Position numbers and translations under genes: made by a program. Below, in pieces: positions 56,683 to 64,000 of a stretch of 64,000 nucleotides of DNA. The DNA lies in the NCBI GenBank assembly GCA_041478555.1, contig JBGOWI010000001.1, forward strand, positions 42,073 to 106,072, read 5' to 3'. This DNA comes from Phycisphaerae bacterium (GTDB taxonomy: Bacteria; Planctomycetota; Phycisphaerae; Sedimentisphaerales; UBA12454). The notes under the pieces were generated by a model. The model saw nothing but the letters and a program-made list of their open reading frames with translations. It had not been told where the DNA came from and searched no databases. Within the stretch, counting starts at the first letter, position 1. Each line of letters opens with the position of its first letter.

Positions 56683-57750
56683 TTGAAGTCTTTTAAAACA
56701 TTGCAATGGATTGGCGATACGGCCGGTTTCCTCGAACTTATAGACCAGCGAAAGCTTCCGGCACAATTTACCTCGATACAATGTAAATCCGTTGAGCAGT
56801 TGTTTGAAGCCATAAGGACTCTTGCTCTAAGAGGAGCGCCCGCCATAGGCGTTGCTGCCGCGTTTGGTATCTGTCTTGCAGCCCAGGAAACAGGAAAATT
56901 AAAACTTTCAGATGCAGTTAGCCTTGTAGAAAAAAAAGCAGTTTTTCTTTCCAAGGCAAGACCCACAGCAGTAAATCCGTTTTGGGCCCTTGAGAGAATG
57001 AAAAATACAGCTCGCAATTTTGTGACTGAAAATCCGGATGCAACTGTAGAAAACTTGAAAAAATGTCTGCTTGATGAGGCACAGAAAATTTATAACGAGG
57101 ATGTCGAAATGTGCCGTAAAATCGGCATCAACGGAGAAAAGTTTGTTCCTGACGGCGGAGCGGTTCTTACGCACTGCAATGCAGGCGCTCTGGCAACGGC
57201 AGGAGACGGCACGGCGCTGGCCGCAATATTTGAAGCGCAAAGAAAAGGCAAAAAGTTTAAAGTTTACGTTGACGAAACAAGGCCGCTTCTGCAGGGTGCA
57301 AGACTTACTACCTGGGAGCTTAAACAGGCCGGGATTGATGTTACCCTTATCTGTGATAATATGGCAGGGGCCCTGATGAAGGAGGGTAAGATAAACGCTG
57401 TAATTGTCGGAGCAGACAGAATAGCTGCCAATGGCGATACTGCCAATAAAATTGGGACGTATACCTTGAGTATTCTTGCCAGAGCACATAATGTGCCTTT
57501 TTATGTTGCCGCGCCGTCAAGCACTTTTGATTTGAGTTTGAAAACCGGCGGCCAAATCCCGATTGAGCAAAGACCGCCGGATGAAGTGCTTAATTTTATG
57601 AATGTTCGGACCGCACCGCAGGATGTGAATGTTTATAATCCTGCCTTCGATGTAACACCGGCGGAAAATATCACGGCAATTATCACGGAAAACGCCGTTT
57701 TCCAGCGGCCGACAGAGGAAAAAATCAAAAAAATTCTCAGACAGGTTTGA
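56683..57750 (+). CDS. mtnA: S-methyl-5-thioribose-1-phosphate isomerase (eIF-2B alpha/beta/delta family)
   Basis: LELIDQRKLP ... TLALRGAPAIGVAAA ... THCNAGALAT ... VGADRIAANGDTANKIGTY. TTG start. Confidence 0.85.
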   Translation: MKSFKTLQWIGDTAGFLELIDQRKLPAQFTSIQCKSVEQLFEAIRTLALRGAPAIGVAAAFGICLAAQETGKLKLSDAVSLVEKKAVFLSKARPTAVNPFWALERMKNTARNFVTENPDATVENLKKCLLDEAQKIYNEDVEMCRKIGINGEKFVPDGGAVLTHCNAGALATAGDGTALAAIFEAQRKGKKFKVYVDETRPLLQGARLTTWELKQAGIDVTLICDNMAGALMKEGKINAVIVGADRIAANGDTANKIGTYTLSILARAHNVPFYVAAPSSTFDLSLKTGGQIPIEQRPPDEVLNFMNVRTAPQDVNVYNPAFDVTPAENITAIITENAVFQRPTEEKIKKILRQV

Positions 57751-57753
57751 ACT

Positions 57754-59550
57754 ATGAAGCAAAAAAAACAGAAAACCGCAGGAACTTCCAGCCAAAGTTT
57801 TTCCGGCCAGCTCCTGCAGCAGGCCGAGACAAGAAAAAAATATGTTGAAATTTTTTTGTTCTTTCTGCTCCTTGCGTTCGGCATTTATCAATCAATTATC
57901 TACTGGGGGCATCAGGCCGTGCCGCATCCTGATTTTAGCTGTTTTGCGATTATAGGTCGCCAGATATTATCCTTTCAGATGCCTACCGATTTCAAGAGAG
58001 TGCCGTTACTTGGGATACTTCAGGTGCTGCTCGGTAAGATTACCGGCGGACGATGCCCCGACTTTACCGGTGGCTGGCTGCTTAACTCAATAGCGCATTC
58101 ATTGACAGCCGTATTATTATGGCTGGCAGGTCGCAAAATCATCGGCCGTTCTGCCATCTTGTTCGCCCTCATAGCAATAATCAATCCCTGGGGCCTGCAG
58201 CTTTTAACTGAGGCTATTGCCGAAACCACGCTTCTGTTTTTTGTATGGGTCACTTTCTATTTTATATTCATAAGGTCAAAGTGGGCGTATGTATTTGCTG
58301 CACTGACGTCGATGGTGCGATACGAAGGTGCGGCTCTTATCCTTTGTGCCTTTGTTATGGATATGATAGAGGGAAAAAATAAAAAAGAACGCATCCTGGC
58401 TTTTGTTTATGCCTCGCTCGCCTCAATTCCGCTCTTCTTATGGCTGGCAGGAACCGTCTTGGAGCAGGGAATGGGCACAACACACTATTTCAAGGTATTC
58501 ACCAAAGAATACAAATCGCAGTTCGTTGGTGATGTGGCGGCCAAGACTGGCTTTATAAAACATGCCGGTATGCTCTGGCAGGTCGGGTTCGACTATCGTT
58601 TGTTTCTTCCTTCTCCCGGGGCAAGGGAAAGCTCGGCACAATTACTTACGAATAATTTAAGTAAGATAGTTGTTCTTGCCAGCTTCCTGTTCGGCTCTGT
58701 ATATGGTTTATGGAAGCGTCAGTGGAAAATACTGGTCTTGCTGCTGTTTTTTGTGCCGTACTTCTGGCTTCACGCAAAATATCCCTATCCTATGCCCAGA
58801 TACCACGCAACCGTATTTGCCATAGTTCTGCTTGTTTGCATTTACGCCCTTATCAGCTTCTGGAAACTGATAAATGACAAATTTAAATTGCCCAAAGGAG
58901 CGAAAGTTTGCTTGCAGTTGGTTGTAATAATAACGGCAATTATCTGGGCTCTTGGATTGTCAGGTTATCTTTCAATGTTAGCGCAAATGAGCACGGCCAG
59001 CGCCTCGCTGCCGCTTGTTTCAATACTGGTGGTGCTAATGGCACTTGTTGCCGGATTTCTTGCCTATAAAGGAAGCATACTTAAAGAAGTTACTATCCTG
59101 GCATTGATGATTCTGATTATTGTCTCGAATCAGTTTGCTGTGGCAGGTTTGGTGGGCAACGGCGCAAGTAATATCGAGTTTAAATATCTTGCGGACTGGT
59201 ATTGCCAAAACGCCAAAAAGGGAGAAAAACTTGTAACGACAATGGCCAATCTTCTCGCGTCAATGGCTCCGCAATATGCCGATGATTTCGTTCCGATAGA
59301 CGACTTCGCGGATGTAAATACGCCTGCTGAATTTGTCGAGAAATGTTACAGGAAAAATATTACCTATATAGCCTGGGATTCGAGAATCGGGCTTGCACCG
59401 GCAGACGACTATTACAAAATCTGGAAAATAGCAAACATCGCACCGCTTGCTGCAGGACGCGATATAGGGCCGTATCAGTTTATCACGCAGTTAGTAGCCA
59501 ACCAAAGACGTTATATAAATATCTATCGCCTCCGCAAACCGGCCAACTAG
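57754..59550 (+). CDS. large polytopic membrane protein (possibly GT-C-like glycosyltransferase)
   Basis: At least 10 hydrophobic helices followed by a soluble C-terminal domain. No firm motif. Confidence 0.5.
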   Translation: MKQKKQKTAGTSSQSFSGQLLQQAETRKKYVEIFLFFLLLAFGIYQSIIYWGHQAVPHPDFSCFAIIGRQILSFQMPTDFKRVPLLGILQVLLGKITGGRCPDFTGGWLLNSIAHSLTAVLLWLAGRKIIGRSAILFALIAIINPWGLQLLTEAIAETTLLFFVWVTFYFIFIRSKWAYVFAALTSMVRYEGAALILCAFVMDMIEGKNKKERILAFVYASLASIPLFLWLAGTVLEQGMGTTHYFKVFTKEYKSQFVGDVAAKTGFIKHAGMLWQVGFDYRLFLPSPGARESSAQLLTNNLSKIVVLASFLFGSVYGLWKRQWKILVLLLFFVPYFWLHAKYPYPMPRYHATVFAIVLLVCIYALISFWKLINDKFKLPKGAKVCLQLVVIITAIIWALGLSGYLSMLAQMSTASASLPLVSILVVLMALVAGFLAYKGSILKEVTILALMILIIVSNQFAVAGLVGNGASNIEFKYLADWYCQNAKKGEKLVTTMANLLASMAPQYADDFVPIDDFADVNTPAEFVEKCYRKNITYIAWDSRIGLAPADDYYKIWKIANIAPLAAGRDIGPYQFITQLVANQRRYINIYRLRKPAN

Positions 59551-59571
59551 CGACTAATAACCAGCGACTGA

Positions 59572-59832
59572 TTATTTGACTGCGATAACTTCTTTTACTT
59601 CCGGCACGCGCTCTTTTAGGAGCCTTTCGACACCCATCTTTAACGTCATTTGTGCACCCGGACAGCCCCGACAGGCCCCCTGAAGCCGAACCTTCACAGC
59701 GTTGTTTTTGTCTAATTCCACAAATTCTATATCGCCGCCGTCGTTCTGCAGCATCGGACGGATGCTGTCAATAACTTCCGTAACCTTGTCCTTCAAGGTC
59801 TTTTCCTGATTACAGCCACACTGCTCACACAT
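59572..59832 (-). CDS. NifU-like (Nfu) Fe-S cluster domain protein
   Basis: IRPMLQNDGGDIEFVEL...VRLQGACRGCPGAQMTLKMGVERLLKE (CxxC Nfu motif). 86 aa. Confidence 0.85.
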   Translation of the reverse strand: MCEQCGCNQEKTLKDKVTEVIDSIRPMLQNDGGDIEFVELDKNNAVKVRLQGACRGCPGAQMTLKMGVERLLKERVPEVKEVIAVK

Positions 59833-60106
59833 TTGAAAACCTCCTGATTAAAGGCCTCTACAGAAAATAGCCACAGAGTTCAGAGTTATTTAGCCCGCCG
59901 CCTGTCCCGCTCTGTCGGGGTTTCACGCCTGCCCTGAACAATGTTGAAGGGGCAGGTTTTTTATTTAGCCCCCGAATTTATTCGGGGGTTTTTTAATGCT
60001 TATAAAACCGCAAAACAGGCATTATAACCACCTTTCTATTATCCTTCCAGCTATTTTAACCCCTGCTGTTTGCAATCCCCTAAACCCTATTCCCTAAACC
60101 CTATTT

Positions 60107-60131
60107 CTTTGTGCCTTAGTGCCTTTGTGGC
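60107..60131. repeat. GCCAC-type repeat, reverse orientation
   Basis: CTTTGTGCCTTAGTGCCTTTGTGGC is the reverse complement of GCCACAAAGGCACTAAGGCACAAAG. It is preceded by a tandem CCCTAAACCCTATT x2 at about 60078-60106. Confidence 0.6.
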
Positions 60132-60149
60132 AAAATTTCGCTTTTTTTC

Positions 60150-60178
60150 TTGACTTTTGTTAGATGATTTGGTAAAAT
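60150..60178 (+). promoter_or_regulatory. orphan near-consensus promoter TTGACT-17-TAAAAT (TG-extended)
   Basis: TTGACT at 60150-60155, a 17-nt spacer ending in TGG, and TAAAAT at 60173-60178. No plus-strand protein gene follows. Confidence 0.45.
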
Positions 60179-60225
60179 ACTCACAAAGTTAGGCAAGAAG
60201 TAAATATTTGGCATCCAAAAATCTA

Positions 60226-60260
60226 TCCCCCTCTGCTCATTGCGAAGCAAGAGAGGGGGA
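60226..60260. repeat. hairpin repeat CCCCCTCTGCT..GAAGCAAGAGAGGGGG (copy 2)
   Basis: TCCCCCTCT pairs with AGAGGGGGA. Same family as 943-975. About 45 nt downstream of the predicted start site of the orphan promoter. Confidence 0.6.
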
Positions 60261-60321
60261 ATCCTCAATTTTGTATTTTAGATTTTGGATTAGAGGTTCA
60301 GGGGACAGGGAGAAAAATGCT

Positions 60322-60810
60322 TCAGAACGTCATCAAGTCGTACTCAAATTCAAATCGCAGTTTATGTTTGGCCTCTTCCTGAGCCAACTTCAGGAAAATA
60401 TCTCTGAGCTCCTGCTTGGGAACGATTGCCGCCAAATCAGTGTAAAGCTTACGTGAGGTTTCCTCCTTTTTCATTCCCACAACAAGCAGCTCAGCGTAAT
60501 TCATTTTGGGGTGCAGCTCAACGTCTTTTACATAATCGACAATGTCAAGCTTTCCAACTTCCTGGTCGCCTATTTCGACTTTGCCGGCCTTAACAGCTTC
60601 CAGCTTTGCCTTATGCTCCAACTCTTCTGCGGCCAAATCTGAAAGAACTTTGACCATCTGGGGCTTTTCTACCAGGCCTGCTAATTTCACATAAAAATTC
60701 CGAGCATCAATCTCTCGACTTATTGCAAAATCCAGAACTTCATCAACAAACTTGAATTTCTTCACATCATAATCCCATTTCCAGCTTTGCTTGATTTCTC
60801 CTTTATCCAT
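60322..60810 (-). CDS. ferritin-like / rubrerythrin-family diiron protein
   Basis: Two E-x-x-H motifs in helical context (AAEELEHKAKLE and AQEEAKHKLRFE). 162 aa. Confidence 0.65.
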   Translation of the reverse strand: MDKGEIKQSWKWDYDVKKFKFVDEVLDFAISREIDARNFYVKLAGLVEKPQMVKVLSDLAAEELEHKAKLEAVKAGKVEIGDQEVGKLDIVDYVKDVELHPKMNYAELLVVGMKKEETSRKLYTDLAAIVPKQELRDIFLKLAQEEAKHKLRFEFEYDLMTF

Positions 60811-61018
60811 ACCTTATATTCTACCGGCGACCTGCTCAAATGACAATAATTAGCTATATTTTTCTTTGATTTGCCTGTTTGGAAGGCATATAATTGTATC
60901 GCTTATTGCAGCTTTGCAAAGGCAAAAGAAAAGGAGCGTCAGATAGTTTGGTTCTGATATCGCCCGTGATTGCAGTAATGAGGACATTAAAACAAGCACA
61001 ATCAGAAAGGAACCGAAG

Positions 61019-61204
61019 ATGAAAAAGAGTTTAAAGCGACTGTTGCTCGTGTGCGCCGCGTTGGCTGTGTTGGCCTTCGTTGGTTGCGAGAAAAAAGGCC
61101 CAATGCAGAAAGCGGGCGAAAAGGCGGATAAAGCCGTCCAGAAGACCGGCGACGCCGTCAAAGACGCCGCCAAAGACACCAAGAAAGCCGTGGAAAATAA
61201 ATAA
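61019..61204 (+). CDS. small Lys/Ala-rich lipoprotein
   Basis: MKKSLKRLLLVCAALAVLAFVGC|EKK (signal plus lipobox-like VGC), followed by KAxxKxxDAVKDAAKDTKKA repeats. Confidence 0.5.
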   Translation: MKKSLKRLLLVCAALAVLAFVGCEKKGPMQKAGEKADKAVQKTGDAVKDAAKDTKKAVENK

Positions 61205-61295
61205 AGGCAGTTACCCGTTTCTATGATTTGCCAAATACATTTTTAGGTCTGTTCTCAGATTCTTTGAGGAGCAACGGAAGAAAAAAGTTTTGAGT

Positions 61296-61326
61296 TCTTA
61301 ATTTTGAATTGCGGGACCGCCTGCGG
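61296..61326. repeat. repeat TTCTTAATTTTGAATTG..CGCCTGCGG (copy 2)
   Basis: See 52962-52992. It marks the left edge of the AT-rich operon. Confidence 0.6.
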
Positions 61327-61408
61327 ACGCTGCGCGAATTAAAAATGTTTATTCAACATTAGTAATGGTTGCCAAAAATGGGTAAATGTCCACGGTTATT
61401 TCCCATCG

Positions 61409-62581
61409 CTAAATCTCTTCAATTCCTAGCGATTCTTCCTCTTCCACTTCCGGCACAGTTGCCACAAATTCCAGGGTGATCTCTTTTACATTCTTGCTTA
61501 AAGCTTCGATAAGTATTCTATTAAATCGTGATAGGAAACGCCGAGGATGAAAATCACATTCACGAATAACATTTTCGATAGCATCTCTTTTAAATGGAAA
61601 GACCTCATTAGGTGGTGCGGCTGATGGGTTCCTATAATGGTTTAAATGTTGGGTAACTATATCTATGCATTGATCCATATCTGGTTTACGTGTAAGAAGT
61701 GAAGCATATCCACCGGGAACCATAGGGAAAGATCCAGAAAGCCCCGCTACCGTCCATGCCTGACTGATTTTTTGCGCAGACTGCTGATGGGTTGTAAGTA
61801 TTATCGTAAAAAAGTTATTATTACTTGCCTCATTCCCTGCCCTAAAGAAAGCTATGCCAAAATCTTTTATGAAATTTTCTATCTCTGCCCTTGTAGATCT
61901 ATCAGTAAGGTTTTCAATGTCGTCTACAAGAAGTATTCCTCCTTTAAATCCAGCAGCTTTTAGACACCTTACTGTTTGGTTAAGGAATAGGTCTGAAAGT
62001 TTTACTAAAAACTTTTGATCCCAAGCGGTTGACATCTCTTCTAATCTGTATCTTGAAAAAGTTTCCAGATAGTCCTTTACGCTATCATTCGCTACAGCCT
62101 CCGCGAACTCTTCTTGAACACCAGCTGCCACAAGATTATCTTTGCTTACACAACTTGCCATATGCGAAAAAAGTTCATCATTTATGAAGGATCTAAAAGA
62201 TTCTTTATAAAGAAAGGCAACTTTCGACTTAAGTTGTTCTTTAAACGAAATATAACTACAGAAAAATTTGTCCTCACCGCCAAAGTAATTCTTGCCATAC
62301 CCCTTATTTATTCTGTGTTTCATGTAGATAGCCAAAGCAGTTTTTCCCATGCCTCGTCCTGTGGTTCTGTCCCCCTCTGCCCAAAGAAAACCACATCGTA
62401 TTCTGTCATCAAAAGATGTTTTTGTGCCAATAAATTTCTCATTGAATTCTCGGATTTCTCTTTCTCGAGCGTTCACAGAGAATATAGAGCCGTTTTCTCT
62501 TGGGTCTTTGGATTCTGGTTTAAGTATAGCTCCCCCTTTGGGGAAAGGGTTTTGTTTTAGTCCATAAATATCGTATCCCAT
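61409..62581 (-). CDS. ExeA/Orc-like AAA+ P-loop ATPase, unassigned family
   Basis: N-terminal YGLKQNPFP (like the FGLxxxPF start of ExeA/GspA/MshM-type AAA_22 ATPases). Walker A TGRGMGKTAL, Walker B GGILLVDDIENL, sensor-1-like TIILTTH. Acidic tail EVEEEESLGIEEI. Confidence 0.7.
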   Translation of the reverse strand: MGYDIYGLKQNPFPKGGAILKPESKDPRENGSIFSVNAREREIREFNEKFIGTKTSFDDRIRCGFLWAEGDRTTGRGMGKTALAIYMKHRINKGYGKNYFGGEDKFFCSYISFKEQLKSKVAFLYKESFRSFINDELFSHMASCVSKDNLVAAGVQEEFAEAVANDSVKDYLETFSRYRLEEMSTAWDQKFLVKLSDLFLNQTVRCLKAAGFKGGILLVDDIENLTDRSTRAEIENFIKDFGIAFFRAGNEASNNNFFTIILTTHQQSAQKISQAWTVAGLSGSFPMVPGGYASLLTRKPDMDQCIDIVTQHLNHYRNPSAAPPNEVFPFKRDAIENVIRECDFHPRRFLSRFNRILIEALSKNVKEITLEFVATVPEVEEEESLGIEEI

Positions 62582-62585
62582 ATTC

Positions 62586-63767
62586 TTATCTCCTTAGATT
62601 GACTTTTAATAATGTAAAGAATTCTCTCATAGGTTTTTCAAATATAATCGGTAATCGCTTTTCGGTGATTTTATCTCCTGCACCGGCATAAGTAAACGAT
62701 AGCCAATGTGGCTCTTCTTCATAGAGTTTTTTAAGATAAATATCAAATAGATTATCAGATATTTTCAACTCTCTGCACACCGTATCACGTACGGCTGCTA
62801 TTTTCATGTACCCAAAATCATCTTTATAGGTATTATAATTTTTTGCGATTGTTTCTTTAAAGATGTCCTTCATGTCTTCAAACGCAGGGTAATTAATATA
62901 TACTCTGCCCCCAGAGTAATCTACAGTTTTTGTGGCATGGTTAAAAGTTGGCTCAAAGTCAGAGATCAGATAAGTAACTTCAGCTGGAAACCCTTCAAAG
63001 TCAAAGATGGCATAATTAGTAAGTTCTAAAAATGTTGTTCGTGAACGAACAAAATCGTAAGCACGCCTGCTTTTGATATTCGGTTGAAATATCTCAGATA
63101 CTACATATTTTTCAATAACTGCCTGGAGGTTCTTAATCTTCTTAGTTTTTTTATCTATTGTATCGACATTCTTTGCTTTCAACAAACTCAGGATGCTATC
63201 CAGATTAAGATGCATGGGGGGATAATTTTCGTTTATAATCTTCACATATCTCTCTACAACTATCTCAGGATTTCCTCCACTCTTATCTAAAACTTCCGCC
63301 CGTACAGAAGGAGAAGGAATTGGTATTCCTTTCCCGCCAGATACTTCTTTTATACGTTTCAAAAAGTATTCGAATACTCTGTAGTTTTCTATCATCAATT
63401 TCGCGAAAACCTCTTTTAATCTCTCAGAATCCTTCTCTTCAATCAAAGATGCTATATTTTCTCCCTCGTTAGTCAATGCCAAGTGTCCATTTTCTTTGCG
63501 GATAAGTTTTATGTATTTAAGTTCTGCTATGATATTGTTAACAACCTTAATATCCACTTCTTTTGGTTTGGATGAAAGTCCGAACTTACTGGCTTTAGCA
63601 TCGTTATAATCATTTATCATTTTTTTGAAATATTTAAAAGTTTCAGGATTGCTTTCTACACGTCCACCTTTACGTTTTAGACCGGCTATTACATTGTAGA
63701 GATACTTAATATCGTGTGTGTTTCCTGATGGCGTGTTTAATTTCTTTTTGATTTCCATGATTCCCAT
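62586..63767 (-). CDS. hypothetical protein with probable winged-helix segment
   Basis: 393-aa ORF ending 4 nt before the ATPase start. IIAELKYIKLIRKENGHLALTNEGENIA looks wHTH-like. No catalytic motif recognised. Confidence 0.6.
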   Translation of the reverse strand: MGIMEIKKKLNTPSGNTHDIKYLYNVIAGLKRKGGRVESNPETFKYFKKMINDYNDAKASKFGLSSKPKEVDIKVVNNIIAELKYIKLIRKENGHLALTNEGENIASLIEEKDSERLKEVFAKLMIENYRVFEYFLKRIKEVSGGKGIPIPSPSVRAEVLDKSGGNPEIVVERYVKIINENYPPMHLNLDSILSLLKAKNVDTIDKKTKKIKNLQAVIEKYVVSEIFQPNIKSRRAYDFVRSRTTFLELTNYAIFDFEGFPAEVTYLISDFEPTFNHATKTVDYSGGRVYINYPAFEDMKDIFKETIAKNYNTYKDDFGYMKIAAVRDTVCRELKISDNLFDIYLKKLYEEEPHWLSFTYAGAGDKITEKRLPIIFEKPMREFFTLLKVNLRR

Positions 63768-64000
63768 GCTTGTCTCACCGTTTCAAATAAGTCATAGTAT
63801 TCGTTAATTTTATTTAAGGTTTCGGTTGGGTTAATCACAAATGATAGCGAGCCAATCTCAATCTTTTCATCTTTGTATCTAAAGAGATCAGAAAATGAGT
63901 AATCAGAACTTTCCCTCAGTGTACTGATATTTTCTACTAACGTCTCTGCTTTACTTTTGATCTCGCTTAATTCTTCCGGTACTTTTTGATAGAGGTCCCT
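63737..64000 (-). CDS. hypothetical protein, 5' end beyond the window
   Basis: The minus frame is open from base 64000: RDLYQKVPEELSEIKSKAETLVENISTLRESSDYSFSDLFRYKDEKIEIGSLSFVINPTETLNKINEYYDLFETVRQAWESWKSKRN, stop at 63737-63739. It overlaps the next start by 31 nt. It is absent from the ORF track because no start codon lies in the window. Confidence 0.6.
   Translation of the reverse strand, partial: RDLYQKVPEELSEIKSKAETLVENISTLRESSDYSFSDLFRYKDEKIEIGSLSFVINPTETLNKINEYYDLFETVRQAWESWKSKRN

Noticed and set aside
60078-60106. Telomere-like CCCTAAA tandem (CCCTAAACCCTATT x2)
   Set aside because: There are only two units, embedded among other REP-type repeats in a bacterial intergenic region. There is no basis for a telomeric role.
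1-64000. An alternative genetic code (TAA or TAG reassigned) as the explanation for the two in-frame stops
   Set aside because: All three stop codons end conserved proteins exactly at their expected C-termini in this window. Examples are ssb ...DDIPF-TGA, rpsR ...LLPFTS-TAA and bamA ...GALF-TAG. A global reassignment is therefore not supported.

Overview
This 64-kb window comes from a diderm bacterium, since bamA-skp-lpxD-lpxC:fabZ-lpxA are present. Stacked long prepilin-type pseudopilins and dense REP-like intergenic repeats suggest a Planctomycetota/PVC-type genome; that is low-confidence inference. No searches or composition statistics were run; every call rests on motifs read in the supplied translations and DNA.

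Layout:
- 1-8.6 kb: a type II secretion / type IV pilin-like pseudopilin operon (three G-like paralogs, then H-, I-, J- and a giant K-like gene).
- 8.7-15 kb, minus strand: housekeeping genes mcsB, mcsA, a PTPS/QueD-like gene, coaD, a membrane spermidine-synthase/TPR fusion and a class II aldolase-domain gene.
- 16.1-20.1 kb: a visibly AT-rich accessory island. It holds two HNH nucleases, three small or membrane proteins of unknown function, a 49-aa polyproline micro-ORF and a duplicated near-consensus promoter cassette.
- 20.1-37.5 kb: a cell-envelope polysaccharide locus. It holds an MsbA-like ABC exporter, three glycosyltransferases, rfbA/C/D/B, two LTA-synthase/sulfatase-family membrane enzymes and a methyltransferase.
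- 38.7-59.8 kb: core genes. These are tRNA-Gln, glmU, prs, rplY, pth, rpsF-ssb-rpsR-rplI, dnaB, bamA-skp-lpxD-lpxC:fabZ-lpxA, nfi, uvrA, mtnA and an Nfu-like gene.
- 61.4-64.0 kb: an AT-rich minus-strand operon of at least three overlapping or abutting genes that runs off the window edge. It ends in an ExeA/Orc-like P-loop ATPase, and I could not assign it to any named system.

Most notable observations:
- That edge operon.
- The 16-20 kb island.
- Single in-frame stop codons inside two otherwise intact conserved genes: a GspI-like pseudopilin (TAA) and lpxD (TAG).
- At least six families of short intergenic repeats, several of which sit directly on start codons, stop codons or -35 boxes.
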